DNA of 64,000 nucleotides from Hemiscyllium ocellatum (Eukaryota), in contig NC_083429.1 of assembly GCF_020745735.1 (NCBI RefSeq), positions 49,519,877 through 49,583,876 on the forward strand, in the 5' to 3' direction. Positions 49,873 through 62,897 of the stretch are shown piece after piece. The notes under the pieces were generated by a model. The model was not told where the DNA came from. It saw only the letters and a list, made by a program, of their open reading frames with translations, and ran no database searches. Every line of letters starts with the position of its first letter. The stretch's first letter is position 1. A program made the translations under genes and the position numbers.

Positions 49873-52181
49873 CTAACCTGGATATTGTCCACGTCTTGTT
49901 GCATTTGGCCATGAACAGCTTCAGTAGCTGAGGAATTGGAAATGGCACTGAACGTTGTGCAGTCATCAGTGAAAATCCCCAATTCCGACTTCATAGAGTC
50001 ATAGTCATGGTCATTATCATACAGATGTACAGCACCGACACAGACCCTTCGGTCCGACTAGTCCAAAGGAAGATCATTTAGGTCATTTCCCAGAAGTACT
50101 CCTGCAGTGATGTCCTGGACCCGAGATGACTGACCTCCAACAACCACAATCCTCCTCCTATGTGCCAAATATGACTCTAACCACCAGAAAGTTTGTCCAT
50201 GATAGCCATTGATTCTGATTTTGCTAGGGCTCCTTGATCACACACTCAGTTAAATGTGGCCTTGATGTCATGGGACTGTCACTCTCACCTCCCTCTTGAA
50301 GTCAGCTCTTTTATTCAATTTTTGAGCCAAGGCTGTAATGAGGTCAGGAGCTTAGTGGTCCTAGCAGAACGCATACTGGCCATCAGTGGGCAGGTTGTTA
50401 CTGAACATGTGCTGCTTGATAGCGCTATTGGCAACAATTTCCATCACTTGCCTGATAATCGAGAGTAAATAGACGGAGCAATAATTGGCAGGATTGGATT
50501 TGTCCTGCTTTTCATGGATACTTACTATCAGGGCTGTTTGGATTGGAATTAGGAGCAGGAATCTTGCCTAATATTTAACTCTCTTTAACCCAGTAGGATA
50601 ATGGTGGCAGAGCTGAGAAGGAAAATGGGAGTGGGGGAGTTGGTTCGGGTGGGGGAGGGGCTTGGACCACTTGTCAGACTTCCACTATTGCTCATTTTGA
50701 GAGCTAAATTTCCAGAGACCAATGTTCTTCAAGAACTTGAAGCAGCTCTGGAAAATCTCTGAAAACATTACCTCCCAGAGGGTGTGAGAATGAAAACAGG
50801 TATCAGATTTGTCATGACATGTGTACTCCCAAAAGGTAGTCCCAGTGGCTGTTTACATCCAAAGCCAGGACATTCCAGGGAATTGTATTTGGGGAAGCTG
50901 TGCAAGAGATTGAATCATTCCTAAAGCCGGGTGGAGCTGGGTTCTTGGGACTATCTTGCCAAGTCAAAGGACATCTCGTTTCTTTATCTTCGCACTTTCC
51001 CTCTTAGAGTTGCAATGAAAGGATTCACAAGCGGATGAATGGACTGAGAGGCTATGAAATGTTCTCTCTTTCCATTCTCATCTTCATACCTACCAGCAGA
51101 AAGGTTGGACAGGCACAGCTTTATAGTTAAAGGATGAGCTCTCCTCCAAAATGAGAAGACTACAATGGCAACCCAGAATTCAGAGCCTAATCATTACTGA
51201 ATAAATAATTGCTCAAGGAGATTTCTTTAGGAGATTTAGTCTCCCTGTCATTCGATTATCCTGGGGCTTGCTTGTAGCAGGGCCCTGGAAAACAATCTCT
51301 GCACAATCCTGCAAGATTAGTAATCACTGGTTGAATAAATGTTTGGAACTTTACTTCCACCTAGTTTGAGTGTCAAAAAAGCAGACATTTTCAAAAAGCA
51401 TTTGCATTTATATAGCCACTTCCACATCCTCATAATTTCCTAGAGGCCTTTAGGACAACAAAGTAATTTTGAAGTAATGTAGGGAAATGCAACTGTGACC
51501 CTGCACATGTCAACCTCCCACAAACAAATTGTGACAAATGATCTGCTGAGCTATTTTATCAAATGTTAACTGAAGGATAGATGGTGACCAGGACTCTGGG
51601 GAAGTTTTCCTGTACCTCATCAAAGTACATGGGAAAACCTCTTTGAAATGTCTACCTGGAAGGGCAGTCAGGACATCCACTTAATGTTTAGACTAAAGGC
51701 TAGCACCTCCGACAGTGTGCAGCAAGCCCTCTAAACTGCAAAACAGTGTAACCAAGATTTTGTGCTAAGTACAGGCAGTCTGCAGACTGGAAATGGGTTC
51801 CATTCCAAAGTCCAATCACAGGTCGATTTGTGTGCTCTTGGAGAATGCAGAATGATGTAAAGTAGCTATTTGTAAGTACAGGAAATGCTTACATGTTGAG
51901 TCTTTAAAATCTGTGTGACAGCATGTTCATTAGAACAGGCATTCTTTAAATCAGGCTCTCTGTAGTGGAAATGGAACTTGAACTCATAACCTTCTAGCTC
52001 ACAGAAGAAATGCTACCAAGAGAACCATACTTGACATTCAGCACTGGTACTGATCTGGTTGAAGCACTGGTAAATGGAATTTATATTGCTGAGGAAGCAT
52101 TGGCCCAACAGCCTGAAGCCTATCTCTCACTTGTCTACTTCACTAGCTCATGAGATTTCAGATGTGCGGCATGGTGGCATT

Positions 52182-52495
52182 GGGCGGCACGGTGGCACAG
52201 TGGTTAGCACTGCTGCCTCACAGCGCCTGAGACCCGGGTTCAATTCCCGACTCAGGCGACTGACTGTGTGGAGTTTGCACGTTCTCCCCGTGTCTGCGTG
52301 GGTTTCCTTCGTGTGCTCCGGTTTCCTCCCACAGTCCAAAGATGTGTGGGTCAGGTGAATTGGCCAAGCTAAATTGCCCGTAGTGTTAGGTAAGGGGTAA
52401 ATGTAGGGGTATGGGTGGGTTGCGCTTCGGCGGGTCGGTGTGGACTTGTTGGGCTGAAGGGCCTGTTTCCACACTGTAAGTAATCTAATCTAATC
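52182..52495 (+). mobile_element. V-SINE (HE1-like), young, HTR3B intron 8
   Basis: gggcggcacggtggcacagtggttagcactgctgcctcacagc head through (aatct)n tail. Confidence 0.9.
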
Positions 52496-52754
52496 ATAAA
52501 AGCAATGCCTTCAAATAGGCACATGCCGATAGTTAAATGGTGAAAAGATTTATTAGAATAAACTAAGAGAAAAGATTTCTTGTGATGGATTGGGGGTCCC
52601 AAACAAAGAGGCAAAAGATTAAAATTAAAGCAAAGTGGTAAGGTCAGGAAGCCCTTCTTCAGATAAAGAGGAGGTGAAAATCTCTCCTCCAGGAAGCTGT
52701 TATGGCCAGAGATTAATTGAAAACTTCAAAATGAAGATTGATAACATTTGTAAA

Positions 52755-52930
52755 AATTGAAAGAACTGCAGATGTTGAAAACCAGAAACAAAAGCAGAAA
52801 TTGCTGGAAAAGCTCAGCAGGTCTTGGAGCATATGTGGAGAGAAATAAGAGATAACATTTTAGGTCGAGTGACCCTTTCTTAGAACTCTGAAGAAGGGTC
52901 ACTCATCCCAAATGTTAACTCTGATTTCTC
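52755..52930. mobile_element. Third-family degenerate palindromic element
   Basis: ggtcgagtgaccctttcttagaac / tctgaagaagggtcactcatcccaaatgttaac inverted arms with a CTGAAGA core; relatives at ~2985-3075, ~10330-10415 and ~59760-59880. Confidence 0.55.
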
Positions 52931-53332
52931 TGGATGTCATTTGTGTTTAGAAAATGGATGGAAGGCTATGAAATCAATGCAGGTAAAGTGATGGAGATAG
53001 GCACAACAGACATGACCTCAATGTCAAGCAGAAGCTATTCAAAGTCAGAAGTCACATGGCACTGGGTTATAGTCCTAAAGATTCATTTGAAGTCACAGCA
53101 CACAGGTGCTTCCTTTCACTTCACTTGACAAAGGGGCAGTGCTCTGAAAGCTTGTGATTTCAAATAAACCTGTTGGTCTATAACCTGGTGTAATGTAACT
53201 TTGGAATTTGTCCACCCCAGTCCAACACTAACACCTCCACATGCATGATATTCAAGGGGGCGAGTTGTGCCCTTCTGTTTCTACAGAATCTAAAATGTGC
53301 TCAACTGTTCTTGTCTTTCCTCTTTAACCAAG

Positions 53333-53616
53333 CTTCTGACAGTGATACCGAAACTCCTGGACAACATCAAGCTAAAATTCTCAACCAAGAGGCCCAAGCT
53401 TTGCAGATCAAAGAGCTCCCTGTGAAAGAGATACTAAAGGAGATTTCTTCAATCAAATTCTACTTGTATCAGCTAGAAGATCCAATCAATCCTAAGAATG
53501 ATTGGCTGGCATTTTGTTACAGATTTGATACATTTCTTTTCCGTGTGTATTTGGTGATACTTGGAGTTTACACCGTTACAATGAGTACCCTCTGGCTGAT
53601 ATGGAGTAACCCTTAG
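53333..53616 (+). CDS. HTR3B: 5-HT3B receptor exon 9 (MA helix, M4, stop)
   Basis: ttaaccaag| acceptor; ...KEILKEISSIKFYLYQLEDPINPKNDWLAFCYRFDTFLFRVYLVILGVYTVTMSTLWLIWSNP* (cf. human 3B RFDRLLFQSYLFMLGIYTITLCSLWALW). The exon lengths sum to 1383 nt = 460 aa plus stop. Confidence 0.92.
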
Positions 53617-55600
53617 ACCTGAAGTATTAAAGCTCAGTGACTGCAGGCTGAACCACCAAAACAGTCTTTCTTTGCCCCTTTCCAATGTTTCTTGTTCTGT
53701 TTGCTAAAATTTGGACGACCTGGGATTTTGGGAGGAAGCTAACTTGAAAGAGGAAGGGTCTGCTGCTGAGTGAAGAATATGTTCAGTCCAAATAGTCCAT
53801 TTGTGATTAGACCCCAAGATGATTTGAGAAGTTGGTTAGGCATTTGCACGTTTCTCTTTTCATCTCATTGGAGATCAGCCAGTATAACAATGGCACCAAA
53901 TAAGTCAATTTCTCCAGCACTTTTAATATCGTGAAACATCCCAAAGCATTTCACTGAAAGACAAGTGACTAAAATCCTGGTCAGAGGCACTACTTTTAAC
54001 AAGCATTTTAATGGACATAAGGCATATGAGGAAAATCATGGAGGTAATTCCAAAATTTAAAGTCAATTCAGCTAAAAGTCCTTACATTTATCTTGAAACC
54101 AATTTGCTTTGCTTTGATTTTCTTTTCAGTCTCAGATTCTATTTTTTATATTTTTCTCTCTTTTTTCTTTTCTTTTTTTTAATTAACCCCTGCACTACTG
54201 CCTAACTGTGGTAGTGCTTATTTTTTTCCCCAGCACCCATGGTGTGTGCAGGTGTGAGACACAGTGAGCAGTCTCAAATTCTAGCTGTCACCTGTATCCA
54301 TGTGAGTGGTTAAAGATAATGTAACCAATAACATCACAAACCAATCATGTAGCTGCAGCACATCTCAGTGTAAGGGGAAGTGCTAGGGTGAAACACATTG
54401 TTGCTCTGGTGCATTGTGCCTGCAGCAGGTAAAACACAGATGTGCCTGTGGCTACCTACTCACGTTATAATCTGGAAACCCAGCCAATTAAACAATACAA
54501 CACAAGCCAACTTTTATTCAGTCTTGTACTTATCCACAAAGTGAAACATTCTAGCATATATCTCCTTACATGACATTTCAATGAGTGTCACTTTATACAT
54601 GCCCATGTGAAACCCCAATTAATGCTTCCACCTGCATATAATTAAGTATAATAGATATTCAGTTAACAGCATACACCATTAGTATGCAACAACAGCTGGC
54701 AGCTTTGATACAGTAAAAATATCTTAAGGTGTTTCACAAGGGAGTGTTATCATTATGCATGTTATGAAATATTAGGGCAAGTTACAAAACCTTTCGGTCA
54801 AAGAAATAAGTTTTACATGACATCTTAAAAGAAAAAGATTGCTATATGAGCTTGGAAGAGTTATGGTGCTGAGGGTGTTTCTCGAGTCAGGAGATTACAT
54901 TCTAAGGTTTGCTCCCAATCAATTCTATAAAGAAACCTTTTGCAACATTGTATTTAAATACTTAATTTGTGGAATTTCCCATTTTTGACATTCAGCCTCA
55001 AGGGAAATCCAGTCACAAAATATTTTTTCTCCAAATTCCTATTGAGATTTTGGTGTTTCAGTTTTCAGATCTGGAAATCTGAAATGATGAATTGGAATTT
55101 CCCCAGTCAGAGAATAGTCTGGGTATTTATGTGAGGAATGTGGTAAAACAAATATGAAATACCTTAAATATCTAGTCATCATTTTTTACTGTGAGGTGGA
55201 AACCAAATCGAAACTGAATCATATGCCGAGGTTTGGGAAGTAATCATTTCACTTCGAGTCAATTCATGCTAAGAAAAACGTGTGTATCAAATGTTCATAT
55301 CCCTTTGAGCAAATAACTCCTGTACTTTTGTACTTGAGTACATGTGACAATGTATCAAATCAAATCAAATTGTAGGAAGATCCCATATGATAATTGGAGA
55401 GAGCTTCAGTGTTGATGTGGGAGGAAGAGTGACTCTGGATTAGTCCTCTGTGCTCACTGCATCTGACCAGATTGACCTCAATGTTGTTTCCACATCCAGC
55501 ATGTTCTCATGTTCCTGTATTAAATGAATACCCCTGCTTGCATGTACACTTCTACCTTTGTAAAGGAACTCGCATGCGTTAACTAAATATATGGGAAAAA

Positions 55601-55606
55601 AATAAA
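55601..55606 (+). terminator. Candidate polyadenylation signal for HTR3B
   Basis: First clear AATAAA noticed after the stop codon, followed by T-rich sequence. Not verifiable without transcripts. Confidence 0.25.
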
Positions 55607-56641
55607 CTTGTTCTAAATTAAATACAATCTTTTATTTGACTTGTCCATTGACAAACATCAGTATTGGGCTGACATCCTATTCTATGACAACAGTTTTCAT
55701 TAGTTCATGGGATACAGGCATCACTGGGTAGGCCAGCATTTATTGTCCATCCCTATATGCCCTGAAAAAAGTAGTAGTGAGGTGCTCTCTTGGACTACTG
55801 CAGTCCAACTCTGAGGGTGAAAGGTATCAGAGAAGACACAAAATAAATCAGGAGCTAGGGATTGGGGAAGGTGAAGTTTGAGTTTTAAAAGATTGAGGTT
55901 TCCTGGAGGAAGATTGAGGAAGATAAACAATTCTGCACGTCTGAGATCTTGTAAACAAAAAACATTTTGTTTGAACTTGTATAAGATACTCACTCAACCT
56001 TAGCTGTGTTCATTTCTCGGGGGTCACACTTCAGGAAGGATGTGCAGGCGATTGGGGAGAGTGCAGAAGAAAGTTACAAGAATGTTTCAGGACAGGGTCA
56101 CTTCAGTCAATGGAATGGAGACACATAGTATCATGAGGGAGCAGGACAGAATAGACAGGAAAAAAAATCCTCATTCCTGAAGAATGGATGATGAGAGGAT
56201 ACAGATTTAAAGTAAGTGGAAAAAACATTCAAAAGCAACATGAGAGAAAACATTTTCATGCAGCAAATAGTTTGGGCCTAGAACAGGCTGTCTGAGTATA
56301 TCATGGAGTTAGTATCAAATGAGGCTTTCGAAATGAAATTAAATTATTATCTAAAAAGGTAGAATGTGCAAGGTTAAAGGGGAAAAGGCAAGAGAATGAC
56401 GTGAAGGGAACACACATGAGAGCTGGTGCAAACACAATGGGCTGAACGGCCTCTTTCTGGGATGATCAATTTCAATTACAAAGTGGTGCAACTAAATTAG
56501 CCTTTGTTATTAAGGATATGAAAGAAAGAACTTGCATTTCTTTCTTTCTTGACCTGAGGACATCCCATGCACTTTAGTACTAATGCTTTTGAAGTGTTTT
56601 TAATATTTCATGAAATCCTGCAGCCAATATGCACTTACCAA

Positions 56642-56948
56642 GATTAGATTAGATTACTTACAGTGTGGAAACAGGCCCTTCGGCCCAACAAGTCCACACC
56701 GACCCGTCGAAGTGCAACCCACCCATACTTCTACATTTACCCCTTACCTAACACTACGGGCAATTTAAAATTCACCTGACCCGCACATCTTTGGACTGTG
56801 GGAGGAAACCGGAGCACCCGGAGGAAACCCACGCAGACACGGGGAGAACGTGCAAACTCCACACAGTCAGTCGCCTGAGTCGGGAATTGAACCCAGGTCT
56901 CTGGCACTGTGAGGCAGCAGTGCTAACCACTGTGCCACCGTGCCGCCC
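56642..56948 (-). mobile_element. V-SINE (HE1-like), young
   Basis: Full-length consensus match. Confidence 0.9.
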
Positions 56949-58892
56949 ACCAAGCTCTGATACTCAGCAATGATAGATGAATACACACTCTGATGTTTTG
57001 GAGGGGTGCTACCATTGACCACGACATTAGGAGAGAATATATTAGTTCTTTAAAACAGTGACATTGGATTTTTTTTGAACATCTAACCAAGAAGACAGAT
57101 GTGTTAATGTCTCAAATGAAAGACAGCACCTCCGACTGCATAACACCTGTTCAGTAGTGCATGCGAGTATCAGCCAGGATACTCACATCTCTACAGTCGG
57201 ACTTGATGACACAGCTTTGCTGAATCAAAGCCAAGGAACTGAGTTATGTTTAACAAAGAGAGCGGTTTTGGTGATGGCTGCAATGAAGAGAACAAGAGTC
57301 ACAAAACTGAAGGAGACAAAACAGGGTAAAATTGGAGGGTAGTGGTGACGGAGATGTCTCTGAGAAACACCAGGTTTAGTCATGTGCCTTGGTCTGGAAA
57401 GCAGGAGAAATTGTGGGCTAGTATTCCTGATATGGGATGAACAATAATATAAGTTGATTTTGTTGCAGTGTTTTACTCCAGAAGAAAATATGGAATTATG
57501 CTTTCAGAAAGCAAGTGCAAACATGATGGGCTAAATGGCCCCCTTCTGGGCTGAATAATTTGAATTACAAGGTGGTGCAACTAACTTGGCTTTTGTTTCA
57601 GAATAGTAAGGATATGAAAGAAAGAACTTGCATTTCTCTAGCACCTTTCTTGACCTGATGATGTCCGAATGCACTTTAATACCAATGCAATAAACATATA
57701 AAAAACTGATGTTGTATGATTAAGCTAACATAAAAAGGGTTATCTGTATTTTCAAATAAAGGCCAGGGTGGCTTTATGACAGCTTAGAACTATTCCTAAA
57801 TTTAACCGCAGAGTAAGTTGGATGAGTGTTAAATTCAATGATGCGCCAAAATACAGGGTTAAATGACATCACCTCCATTCATTATCAATGCTCAGTAAGG
57901 TGGCATTTCTCTGTAGCCAGCAACTAGAGGGAGAGAACAACAGAACAATGTCATATGTTCCTCTTAAACACACACCTCCTGCTTCCTCAGCTGTTAAGTG
58001 TAAGGTTGCACAGAGATAGTGACACAAATTCTCAAGAGTTCTTAAAATAAAGCTGCATTGGAAATTAAAAAGAAAACTTGGGAGCCAAAATGGCTAACTT
58101 TCTTTGAATAACTAAAGCCATTCGGACTGGCAGCAGAGATAATGTAATGATAGATGGGGAAATGTGTCTATCTTGCTGCATCCTGCCTTGTGATTGAAAA
58201 AAAATGTTTGCATTGACATGAGAGCGTCTGTGCACAATTAGTTAAATAGCGTAGGTCTGTAATCTATAAATGAAGGTTAACTGCATCTTGGATCCATTCA
58301 AATCCACTTTTTTCTGAACCTGAATGACACAGAGGGAAAAGGATGAATGAACAATCAACTACTCCACATGCAATTTCAAATGCAGTTCATGGCCATCATT
58401 AAACTTCAAAAAGATCATCATGACATTGGATAAACACACAGTTTACTTAAATTGTTCCACTTAAAAAAGGTCAGGAAAGAAAATTATGATAATTTTTTGA
58501 CCTTTTCAGAAGTGTCAATTTGAATTAGAGACAGTTTGAAGTAAATGTTATTTTTCTTCTGTCATTCCTTGCTGATTGTGCTTAGCTCTCACCTTTCCCT
58601 TTGACTCAGTTCCATGGCTATATTCACAGAAGATGTGAATGAACTTGAACGGACGTACCTTTATTATTGACCAGACTTTGAAATGTAAAGCTGCTTAGAA
58701 ACAGGAAAAGCCAAATTAATTTTTGGAAAAAGGCTATGCCTCTGTCAGGCAAGCGTCAATGTCCAAAAGTAATGAAGCCATGAAGGGTTGTGGCTCACTT
58801 CATTCACTTTAGTGGCTTAAATGTGTTGCACTGTCATCTTGTGAGCACAAACAGTGTGGGTTCAAATCCCATTTCAGGCAGTTGAGCTGCAC

Positions 58893-59180
58893 GGGCGGCA
58901 TGGTGGCACGGTGGTTAGCACTGCTGCCTCACAGCGCCAGAGACCTGAGTTCAATTCCCGACTCAGGGACTGACTGTGTGGAGTTTGCATGTTCTTCCCC
59001 GTATCTGTGTGGGTTTCCTCCGGGTGCTCTGGTTTAACGTCAAGTAAATTGGCCATGCTAAATTGCCCGTAGTATTCGGTAAAGGGGTAAATGTAGGGGA
59101 ATGGGTGGGTTGCGTGTCAGTGTGGACTTGTTGGGCCGAAGGGCCTGTTTTCACACTGTAAGTAATCTAATCTAATCTAA
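58893..59180 (+). mobile_element. V-SINE (HE1-like)
   Basis: Consensus match with an internal deletion. Confidence 0.87.
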
Positions 59181-59889
59181 AAATTAGATTGACGCACCAA
59201 AGCATTAATAAGGGAGCATTTCACCTTTGGAACAAGAGGAGTAGGCCATTCAGCCCCTTGAACGTGCTCCACCATTCCAGATCATGGCTCATCATTTACC
59301 ACGATGCCGTATTCCCATGGTATCCTCATATCTATTGATGTCAATTGTTATGAGAAACATGCCAAACAAAAGCAAATTACTGTAGATGCAGGAAATCTGA
59401 AATGAAAACTGGAAGTGTTGGAGAAACTCAGCAGGTCTGGCAACCAAAACTGTGGAGGAACTCCAAAACTAGAGGGCATAGATTTAAAGTGAGAGGGAAA
59501 TATTTTAAAGGGGCAACTTTTTCATGCAGAGGCTGGTGCATGTATGGAATGAGCTGCCAGAGGAGGTGGGTAAAATTACAACATTTGATAGGTATCTGAG
59601 TGGGCACATGAACAGGAAGAGATTAGAGGGATATGGGCCAAATGCTGACAAATGAGACGAGATTAATTTAGGATATCTAGTCAGCATGAACAAGTTGGAC
59701 CGAAGGGACTGTTTCCGTGCTGTACAGCTGTATGACTTTACAACTCTATATATAGAATTAATATTTTAAGTCTAGTATGATTCTTCTTTGGAATTGTTCT
59801 GAACTTCCAAAGAAGAGTTATACTAGATTCAGTTTCTCTCTACATAAATCCTACCAGATCAGTTTCTCCAGCACTTGTGATTTTTATTT

Positions 59890-61935
59890 AAGAATCTACC
59901 GATCTCCAGCTTGAATTTGCTCCATGACTGAGCTTCCACAGGGATTGAGAATTCAAAGGATTTGCCATTCTCTGAGCGAAGAAGTTCTTCCTCAATTTAA
60001 TCCTAAAAGCCTTGCCTTTAATTCTGAGACTATGTCCCTTAATTCTAGACCTCACAGCCAGGAAAAGCATCCTTTCTGTATCTATTCTGTCTAACATTTA
60101 AGAATTTTCTAAGTTTCTATGAGATCACCTCTCATTCTCCTAAACTTCAGAGATAATGGGTTCATTCTCTTCAATCTTTCATCATAGGACAATCCTACCA
60201 CGCCTAGGAATCAATATGGTGAACCTCCCTCTATGGCAACTAAATCCTTCCTTAGGCTTCCTTTGGCGGCATGGTGGCACAGTGGTTAGCACTGCTGCCT
60301 CACAGCGCCTGTAGACCCGGGTTCAATTCCCGACTCAGGCGACTGACTGTGTGGAGTTTGCACGTTCTCCCTGTGTCTGCGTGGGTTTTCTCCGGATGCT
60401 CCGGTTTCCTCCCACAGTCACAAAGATGTGCGGGTCAGGTGAATTGGCCAAGCTAAATTGCCCGTAGTGTTAGGTAAGGGGTAAATGTAGGGGTATGGGT
60501 GGGTTGCGCTTCGGCGGGTCGGTGTGGACTTGTTGGGCCGAAGGGCCTGTTTCCACACTGTAAGTCTAATCAAAGAGACCAGAACTTCTCAAAAGACTCC
60601 AGGTGCAATCTCACCAGTCTTCTATATAACAGAAGCAAGATTTCTATGTTCCATATTCAAATCTTTATGTGATAAATCCAAACATACTGTTTGCTTTTCA
60701 AATCGCTTCCAGTACCTGTATGTTAGTTTTCAATCACTGATGAACAAGGACTCTTGCATTCCTTTCCAATTGTTCATTCACTATTTAAGAAAGGCAATGG
60801 ACTTCTGTTCCTTCTACTTACCACCACTACACTCTCTTGCCCATTTACTCAGCCTGTATAAATCCTCTTGAAGCCTTATTATATCTACCCCACAACTCAC
60901 ATTCTCTGCAAGTTTTGTATTATCTGCAAATTTGGAAATAGTACAACTGGGGGCACCAAATCCAAATTATTGATATAGGTAGTGAACAATTGGGGCCGAA
61001 GAATTGACCCTATTGGTCGCAGACTTTGGGAATGAACCATTTATTCTTGATCTCTGATTTTTGCCTGTTAATCAATCTTTCTACCATTACCTTCAATTCC
61101 ATGTGCTTTAATTTTGGTTACTAACTGCCTGTTTGGGACTTTATCAAAAATTTCTGAAAATCCAAATACACTGTACCCACTGGCTGATCCTTATCATGTC
61201 AGCAAGTAACACTCTCAGAAAACTCTACCAGGTTTATCGCACATAGTTTCCCTGTTAAAAATCAATGTTGACTCTGGCCAAACAATAATTAATTTCTAAG
61301 TTTACAGGAATCATCTCCTTTATAATATATTTTAATATTTCCATTATTCTTGATCTTAGATGAACCATTATTTGTGTGCTCTTTCCTTCCTTTCTTAAAC
61401 AATAGGGTTACACTTGCAACTTTTTCATCTACAGACACTATAGCAAAATTAATAGAGTTATGAAAGATGATCACCAATGTATGTATTATCTCTACAACTA
61501 TCTCTTTCAACTCCAAATCTTGAAGGACATTGGGACCTAGGTATTTGACAACCTTCTGCCCAATTAATTTCTCCAATGCTACTTGTTATAACTAATACTT
61601 CTTCCAGTTTCACGTTCTTGCATTAACTGTGGATCTTATTAATATCAGGAAAACCTTTTGTGGCTTGCTCAATAAAGGCAGACACAAATCATTTGCTTAG
61701 CTTCTCTACCATTTCTCTATTTCCAATTACAAATTTTCCCATCTCTGCATTTAATTAGCTTTATTTGTTTTTTTGTAATCTTTACTTTTTTTTACATATC
61801 TACGCATAAACCTTGAATACCTATGGATGCTTTAACAACCTGTTTTTATATTTCTTGCTAGCTTACATTCATATTTTATTGTCTATTAATTTCTTGGACC
61901 TTCTTTGTTAAACTCTAAAATTCTCCCAATCCTCA
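59890..61935 (-). mobile_element. Old degenerate CR1 interrupted by a V-SINE
   Basis: CR1 RT remnants (tatctgcaaa = FAD on the - strand; ORF 61289-61576 resembling PGPD..LKE..VTLLFKKG) and a 3' region. Confidence 0.75.
60265..60571 (+). mobile_element. V-SINE (HE1-like), young
   Basis: Full-length consensus match inside an old CR1. Confidence 0.9.
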
Positions 61936-61953
61936 GACTTAAAACCGTTTTGT

Positions 61954-62281
61954 GGGGCAGCATGGTGGCTCAGTGATTAGCACTGCTGCCTCACAGCACC
62001 AGGGTCACAGGTTTGATTCCAGCCTTGGGTGACTGTCTGTGTGGAGTTTGCACATTCTCCCCCTGTCTGCGTGGGTTTGCTCTAGGTGCTCTGGTTTCCT
62101 CCCACAGTCCAAAGATGTGCAGGTCAGGTGAATTGGCCATGCTAAATTGTCCATAGTTGTTAGGTGCATTAGTCAGAGGGAAATGTGTCTGCGTCGGTTA
62201 CCCTTCAGAGGGTCGGTGTGGACTTGTTGGGCCGAAGGGCCTGTTTCCACACTGTAGGGTATCAAATCGAATCTAATCTAA
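61954..62281 (+). mobile_element. V-SINE (HE1-like)
   Basis: Full-length, older subfamily. Confidence 0.87.
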
Positions 62282-62322
62282 ACTTTATAAGACTCCCCCT
62301 CTGATCTATTACTATTCTCAAC

Positions 62323-62408
62323 TTCTGTTGTTAGTCATGATGTCCCCCATTTCTGTTGTTAGCCATGATGTCCCCCATTTCTGTTGTTAGCCATGATGTC
62401 CCCCATTT
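62323..62408. repeat. 28-bp tandem repeat, 3 copies
   Basis: Unit ttctgttgttag(c/t)catgatgtcccccat. Confidence 0.95.
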
Positions 62409-62776
62409 TTCCTGTTGGATGTTCTGGGAATGATCTCTTGGAGCATTGTTAGATGAAAGCCTTGTCTCTCTCAGGTGGAGACATAAAAGATCCATTGGCG
62501 TTATTTTAGGTAAGAGCATCGAGGTTGACTTTGATATCCTTGTTAATATTTAACCACTCAAGCAACATCATTAAACGAGATTATCTGGTATTTGCCACAT
62601 TGTTACGATTACTGTGTGTAAATTAAATGCTGCGTTTATTACGTTACAAGAGAAACTGTATTTCAGAAAATACTTAACTGCTTGTAAAACCTTGAATCAC
62701 TTCTTCCTCCAGAAATGTATCTGAATGTACTTACATATTACAGTGCCAATCTCAACGGGGGCGGGCTATGCAAGGC

Positions 62777-62897
62777 TCTGATGAAGAGTCGAAACAGTAG
62801 CTTTTTCTCTCTCCATGGTTGCTGCCCGTCCCACTGTGATCTCCAGCATTTGTGTTTTCAGTCCAGCTTCCAGCGTCTGCAGTAATTTGCTCCTATA
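62777..62897 (+). mobile_element. Single-arm element of a further family starting at tCTGATGA
   Basis: TSD ggctatgc(a/c)aggc at 62764-62776 and 62898-62910; CTGATGAAGAGTCGAAAC with stem II collapsed. Confidence 0.6.

Noticed and set aside
52182-52255. tRNA gene
   Set aside because: The tRNA-like A/B boxes are SINE heads that run on into the V-domain and LINE-derived tail.
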